Assembly (NCBI GenBank): GCA_031425655.1
Contig: JANPJS010000177.1
Location: 1-29,035 of the forward strand
Source of the DNA: Abditibacteriaceae bacterium
GTDB lineage: Bacteria > Armatimonadota > Abditibacteriia > Abditibacteriales > Abditibacteriaceae
Direction: 5' to 3'
Length of the DNA: 29,035 nt
In this document: piece by piece, positions 24,471 to 29,035 of the stretch
How positions within the stretch are numbered: the first letter of the stretch is position 1
Layout: each line of letters opens with the position of its first letter
The notes under the pieces: generated by a model
The model's input: the letters and a program-made list of their open reading frames with translations, nothing else
What the model was told of the DNA's origin: nothing
Database searches by the model: none
Translations under genes and position numbers: made by a program

Positions 24471-24493
24471 CGTCTGTCACGTTTGGAAACGTC

Positions 24494-25618
24494 ATGAGCG
24501 ATTTTGAAGTTTTTTCCTGGCGCCCGGAACACCTGACCGTCGGCGAACTCACAAAAGTGATGCAAAGTCGTGGGTGGGAGATTCGCTGCCTCCATAACCC
24601 AAACAAGTCGCAGCCTAGTGATAGCAGTGTCCGAACAAGCCAGTTTTTATTGAGAGATGAAGATGTGATTCCTGTAGGACAATCGCAAGTTTATGGCTGG
24701 AAGTCGTCTCATCGACGTTCTCAACAACTGGCGAGGGACTTTCCTTCAACAACACATTCGATCTTAACCTGGCTTGCGAGTTATGAAGTCCCTCTTGTGC
24801 AAGCTCTGTTGTATTACTCTCCCCTTAACCGGCGCGAGGAAACATGGATCATTGCTCGTGGGCAGCAGTATTTAGAGGCCTGGCGACGGGCGCAGTGGAG
24901 TTTTGCTGTTTCCAATATACATCACGGCCTCCATGCGAAGTTAAACGCAGAATTCAGCCAGATTTTATCGCTGGCTCTTCTCGAACTGGGGCATGGCCTG
25001 CATGATGACGACCTAAAAGGTGAATTCATCATTCACACAAGCGAGGGTGCAAGAACCTTTAATTCCCTTGATCCCGATGAAGAGCGTAAACATTTGGAGC
25101 CTGTTCCCGAAGACACTACCGATTACATGGCCGAAGCCCGCGCGTTCTACGCTGAATTTGTCGAACCCTATTATGGGCAACCCGAAGGAGCAAGCGAGGA
25201 AGAAATCAATGCATTCGAGCAAAAGATTGGTTTCCGTTTGCCACTGGCTTACAAACAGTTTCTGCGTTGGATGGGCAAGAAAGCTAAAGGAATGAGTTTG
25301 GAACGGAGCAGCCTCGGATTAAAATTGCTTTGTCGCTTCAATCTTGATTTTGACTGGCAATTAAAACATCGTGATCCCACTTTGTGGGGTGGTGCGGGAA
25401 GATTAACCTTCATGATGGATGGAGAAGCCTGTGACGAGGCGTGGATCATCTTGCCCAGGGAAAACGAGAATCCACCCGTTTATTATGCTTATGATTACGA
25501 TCCCGATGATGAAAACATTGGCACTCGTAAGGTTTTCGATTCTTTTTCCAATTACCTCATGAATGGATTTAAGTGGGATTACGAAGCCGCTTTAATATAC
25601 AAGAAACCTAGGTTGTGA
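24494..25618 (+). CDS. Protein with C-terminal SMI1/KNR4 (SUKH) domain and unknown N-terminal region
   Basis: GASEEEINAFEQKIGFRLPLAYKQFL..G, NPPVY, FDSFSNYL. AT-richer than the rib genes. Confidence 0.8.
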   Translation: MSDFEVFSWRPEHLTVGELTKVMQSRGWEIRCLHNPNKSQPSDSSVRTSQFLLRDEDVIPVGQSQVYGWKSSHRRSQQLARDFPSTTHSILTWLASYEVPLVQALLYYSPLNRREETWIIARGQQYLEAWRRAQWSFAVSNIHHGLHAKLNAEFSQILSLALLELGHGLHDDDLKGEFIIHTSEGARTFNSLDPDEERKHLEPVPEDTTDYMAEARAFYAEFVEPYYGQPEGASEEEINAFEQKIGFRLPLAYKQFLRWMGKKAKGMSLERSSLGLKLLCRFNLDFDWQLKHRDPTLWGGAGRLTFMMDGEACDEAWIILPRENENPPVYYAYDYDPDDENIGTRKVFDSFSNYLMNGFKWDYEAALIYKKPRL

Positions 25619-25643
25619 CCTGACTACTTGATCCTTTCCTGTT

Positions 25644-26552
25644 ATGAAACACATTTTACCCTTAGGGTTTTTGCTATCCGCCGTTTTGTCCGCCGCGCCG
25701 TCGCACGCTGCCGAAGGCGACGCGCTGTTTGCCAAAGATAATCTCGTCGCGTGGTGCATTGTGCCGTTCGATGGCAAAAAGCGCGGGCCGGAAGAGCGCG
25801 CGGCCATGCTCGAAAAGCTGGGCATTCACAAATTCGTTTACGATTATCGCGCCGAGCATATTCCCACTTTCGACGCCGAAGTTGAGGCGCTCAAGCGGCA
25901 TAATATCGAGCTTGTGGGTTGGTGGTTTCCGACCACGATTAACGCCGAAGCGAAGCTGATTTTAGAGGTCATCAAGCGTCATAATCTGACGAAATGCGAC
26001 TTGTGGGTGATGGGTGGCGGCGCTCCGACGAAAACGCCCGAAGAGCAAACGCAGCGCGTGGAAACCGAAGCGGCGCGTCTTAAACCCATCGCGCAGGAAG
26101 CGGCGAAACTGGGCGTGCGCGTTGGGCTTTATAATCACGGCGCGTGGTTTGGCGAGCCGGAAAACCAGATTCAGATCATCGAGCGCCTGAAAAAAGACGG
26201 CATTGCCAACGTCGGCATCGTTTACAATTTGCATCACGGGCACGAACACATGGCGCGTTTTGCTCAACTCTTGCAGGCCATGAAGCCGTATTTGTTGTGC
26301 GTGAACGTGAACGGCATGGCCAAAGACGGCGGCAAAACTAAAATTATGCCTGTCGGCGCGGGCGACGACGATTTAAAGTGGCTTAAAACTATCCGTGACA
26401 GCGGCTATTCCGGCCCTATTGGAATCCTCAATCACACCGACGAAGATGCCGAAGCACGCTTGCAGGATAATCTCGACGGGCTGGCGTGGCTAAAAAATCA
26501 ACTCGACGGCACGCCTGCTGCGCCGCGTCCGCTTTGGCGCTCATTCAAATAA
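25644..26552 (+). CDS. Exported sugar phosphate isomerase/epimerase-like TIM-barrel protein
   Basis: Signal peptide (..APSHA), GLYNHG, GIVYNLHHGH, VNVNG, PVGAG, GYSGPIGI. Confidence 0.8.
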   Translation: MKHILPLGFLLSAVLSAAPSHAAEGDALFAKDNLVAWCIVPFDGKKRGPEERAAMLEKLGIHKFVYDYRAEHIPTFDAEVEALKRHNIELVGWWFPTTINAEAKLILEVIKRHNLTKCDLWVMGGGAPTKTPEEQTQRVETEAARLKPIAQEAAKLGVRVGLYNHGAWFGEPENQIQIIERLKKDGIANVGIVYNLHHGHEHMARFAQLLQAMKPYLLCVNVNGMAKDGGKTKIMPVGAGDDDLKWLKTIRDSGYSGPIGILNHTDEDAEARLQDNLDGLAWLKNQLDGTPAAPRPLWRSFK

Positions 26553-26562
26553 ACCTGAGGTG

Positions 26563-26684
26563 TTTAATGGAACACGGAGCTTCGCTACGCGGACTGCGTG
26601 CGCGGATTTGCGCCGTTCAATCCAAAGGAAAATCCGCGTCAATCTGTGCCGTTTCCGCGTAGCGAAGCTCCGTGTTCCATTAAA
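26563..26684. repeat. Perfect 31-bp inverted-repeat element between convergent genes
   Basis: TTTAATGGAACACGGAGCTTCGCTACGCGGA (26563-26593) / 26654-26684. Inner CGCGGATTT/AAATCCGCG. Overlaps the stop of the M60 gene. Confidence 0.9.
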
Positions 26685-28896
26685 AGCCAGTCGGCATCCA
26701 CGATGACAAATCTTTAATCGAATCGCGCGCCGCAACACTGGTCGGAACGCCCCATTTCTCGAAGAAAGGGCCGAGGTTTTTGCCCGCCGCGCGCGAAAAA
26801 CGCACCAGCCATTGATCGCGCTTTGCGTCGTCGGTTTTTGGGCGCTCGCTTTCTTTCAGGCCGCGATATTCGGTGAAGACTTTCTTGAAAACGTCCCAGC
26901 CGAAGGCGTCCTGCAACTGCACATACATTTGCAAAAACAGAAACGGATTGCCTTGCAAATCGGAGAATTTGCGGCCTCCGGCGACGTATTTATCCCACTC
27001 CTTTTTCACACTTTCAGGCCGCAACGCCGGATGCGCTAAATTTCGCTCTTTGCCGATAACTTTTTCCCAGACATAAAGCGCAAACAGGTTGCAAGTCACT
27101 TCGCCGGTGCCGCCAAACGTCCAGTCGCCGATTTGGTGGTTGTGCCCGAATTCGTGCCAGTGGCCCCACGAATTTTTGCGAAGGGCTTCGGCGTCTACGG
27201 AGGCTTTTTCGACATCAAGCCACGTCATCACCGGATAGCCGGAGTGCATATAGCCGGCGGAAATCTGCTGGTCGGCCACGATGCGTTCGGGGCGTGTGCG
27301 CTGTTGCGGAATCGTCGCTAAATCGGCGATGGCGTCCAGTGCTTTGACATATAATTCGGCGACTTCGCGCGGGTTTTCCAGATCACGAATCGCGCGCGAT
27401 GGAACCGTCACGATCACGCGATTGGTTTCGATTTCCGCCCACGGGCCGGGCAGCCAGCGCAGGCGATTTTTCCAATCCGCGTCGTCGGTCTGGCCCAAAA
27501 CGTAGCGCGGCGCTTCGTGCGCTCCGGCAATCGTTATGCTGACTGTGGCCGCTTTGCTGTTGCGCGGCACCGTAATATAAATCAAGCCGCCAAACGGATT
27601 AGCAACGGTGGTTTCACTCGTTTTGAGAGGCCAGGCGCGCGAAATTTCCGGCGCACGCTGCCACGAATCGAGATTCCATAAATGGTCGGTATGACAGCCG
27701 ATCCGCACGCCGAGTCCGGCTTTTTCGCTTCCGGCGGGCAGCGTAATCTTGATTTTCGCGCCGGGCGCCGCGTAAAGCCCCGTCGAATGCCAATCGGGAA
27801 TATGGGTGTTGATATTCAAATTTTGCGTGACGCTTTTGGCGTTGGGCGGCACGTCGCCGGGAAAAATTGCGCCGGCGGGATGCGGCTTGATTTGGTCAGG
27901 CGACAGCGTTTTTCCAATAACGGTTTGCAGCGTTAAAAGCAGGCGCGCGTTGGCGTCTTCGATCTTGATCGGGCGGCGCGCAAGCGGCACCACGTCGCCA
28001 CTCGCGCCGGAAACCAAAGCGCGCAAACGCGGCATGACAACTTCGTCGCTCTGGGGCAGGCTTTGCGCTAAGGCGCTCAGTGTCGCCGAAGCTTGAGCAG
28101 CGTCCGCGGACGACAGCGTTTTGCTGTTATTCAAATGCGCCGTGATCGCTTCCAAAGCGCGTGTGCCATTGGTCAACGCACTGATGGGCATCGCCAGGAA
28201 TCCGTCTTTGCCGGTGCGGTCAAGCGTCGCGGTTGTCCACACGATTCCGTAAGGCGTCAACAGTTTGTTGCCCGCGAAATCGCGCGTAATGTCTTGCTCC
28301 TCGTTGAGCATGGCCCAACCCCAGCCTGTCGCAGCGGTAATGAGGCCGCCGCCGCGCTCCAAAAACGCGCGCAATGGCGCGACATCTGCGTCGCGCAAAT
28401 CGTGCGCGTTGGCGATTAAAACGTCCACGTTTTCTAAGGCGCCGATGCGCGCGGCTTGCGCGTTTACGCCGTTTTGTTGCAGCCATTTAAGCGTGGCTTC
28501 GCGTCCGACGACGCCGACTTTCGGGCCACCGGCCCAGCGCAGAGCATTCAGCATCAACTTCGTGGTATCGGCTTTTTCGAGATTCTCCGGCGACAAATAG
28601 CCGTCGTGCCCAAAAGCGATGATGCGACCTTTTCCCGCCTGCGCCGCGACCATGACCGGCGCCTGCACGTTTTTGCCGCTGTTACCCGCGACGACGGCAA
28701 AGGCCGCGTTGCCAAAAAACGCGACCACGCCGGGCAGTCCGGGCGCCGCGATTTCTTTCACGCCGTCGAGAAGCGATGCAACATCGGGCGAAGGCGCCAC
28801 GATTGCGTCGGCTGCGTGTGCGCTATTGTTTGTTGGCACGCCGAAAAGAGTCACTGCAACGCATAAAATGAGCCAATTTCGCATGGTTACCTTCAT
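26680..28896 (-). CDS. Exported M60-family (enhancin/TCAF-like) zinc metallopeptidase; alternative start at 28884
   Basis: Signal peptide, WHSTGLYA.PG, NPFGGLIY, PWAE, MHSGYP, WGHWHEFGHN...EVTCN (HExxH-x-E). Confidence 0.93.
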   Translation of the reverse strand: MKVTMRNWLILCVAVTLFGVPTNNSAHAADAIVAPSPDVASLLDGVKEIAAPGLPGVVAFFGNAAFAVVAGNSGKNVQAPVMVAAQAGKGRIIAFGHDGYLSPENLEKADTTKLMLNALRWAGGPKVGVVGREATLKWLQQNGVNAQAARIGALENVDVLIANAHDLRDADVAPLRAFLERGGGLITAATGWGWAMLNEEQDITRDFAGNKLLTPYGIVWTTATLDRTGKDGFLAMPISALTNGTRALEAITAHLNNSKTLSSADAAQASATLSALAQSLPQSDEVVMPRLRALVSGASGDVVPLARRPIKIEDANARLLLTLQTVIGKTLSPDQIKPHPAGAIFPGDVPPNAKSVTQNLNINTHIPDWHSTGLYAAPGAKIKITLPAGSEKAGLGVRIGCHTDHLWNLDSWQRAPEISRAWPLKTSETTVANPFGGLIYITVPRNSKAATVSITIAGAHEAPRYVLGQTDDADWKNRLRWLPGPWAEIETNRVIVTVPSRAIRDLENPREVAELYVKALDAIADLATIPQQRTRPERIVADQQISAGYMHSGYPVMTWLDVEKASVDAEALRKNSWGHWHEFGHNHQIGDWTFGGTGEVTCNLFALYVWEKVIGKERNLAHPALRPESVKKEWDKYVAGGRKFSDLQGNPFLFLQMYVQLQDAFGWDVFKKVFTEYRGLKESERPKTDDAKRDQWLVRFSRAAGKNLGPFFEKWGVPTSVAARDSIKDLSSWMPTGF

Positions 28897-29035
28897 AATT
28901 TGGTAAGGCTATTTCAAAAGTCAAAAATGGGACTCTCAAGCGCCTGCGGCGGCCCCCCCACCCCCCACCAAACGGGGGGGGGGGGGGGGCGGGCCACACG
29001 GAGTTTAAAACCCCAAAAAAACAAAAAAAACGCCC

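Noticed and set aside
28930..29035. Poly-C/poly-G inverted tracts as a terminator or G-quadruplex
   Set aside because: Homopolymer-rich sequence at the contig end is typical of low-quality read tails.

Overview
A bacterial contig-end window, GC-rich in core genes. The gene repertoire (tandem prepilin/H-X9-DG proteins, caspase-PEGA-TPR, FHA-GAF-cyclase plus Ser/Thr kinase) suggests an Armatimonadota/Abditibacteriota-like organism; this is inference. It holds a SLOG-type membrane protein, a signalling cluster, a long minus-strand run (2 prepilin genes, methyltransferase, lepA, accessory genes, MBL hydrolase, rph, rdgB, thioredoxin reductase-like), a ribD-ribE-ribBA-ribH operon, a SMI1/KNR4 protein, a TIM-barrel protein and an M60 peptidase. 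The strongest signal is a 127-bp direct repeat of the lepA 3' end (15410-15536 and 13816-13942; 5 mismatches, 4 of them synonymous). It brackets a 1.47-kb, integrase-free, three-gene cassette: GvpU-like, unknown, and a possible ADP-ribosyltransferase-fold toxin. An HNH gene that may be an older cassette follows. This is a candidate lepA-anchored gene-cassette capture site. The second theme is that many intergenic gaps hold long inverted-repeat elements, including nested elements (IS-like ends wrapped around REP-like doublets) and heptamer-repeat hairpins at operon junctions. No rRNA, tRNA, CRISPR array, transposase, integrase or reverse transcriptase was seen. Family assignments are from motif recognition only; no searches were run.
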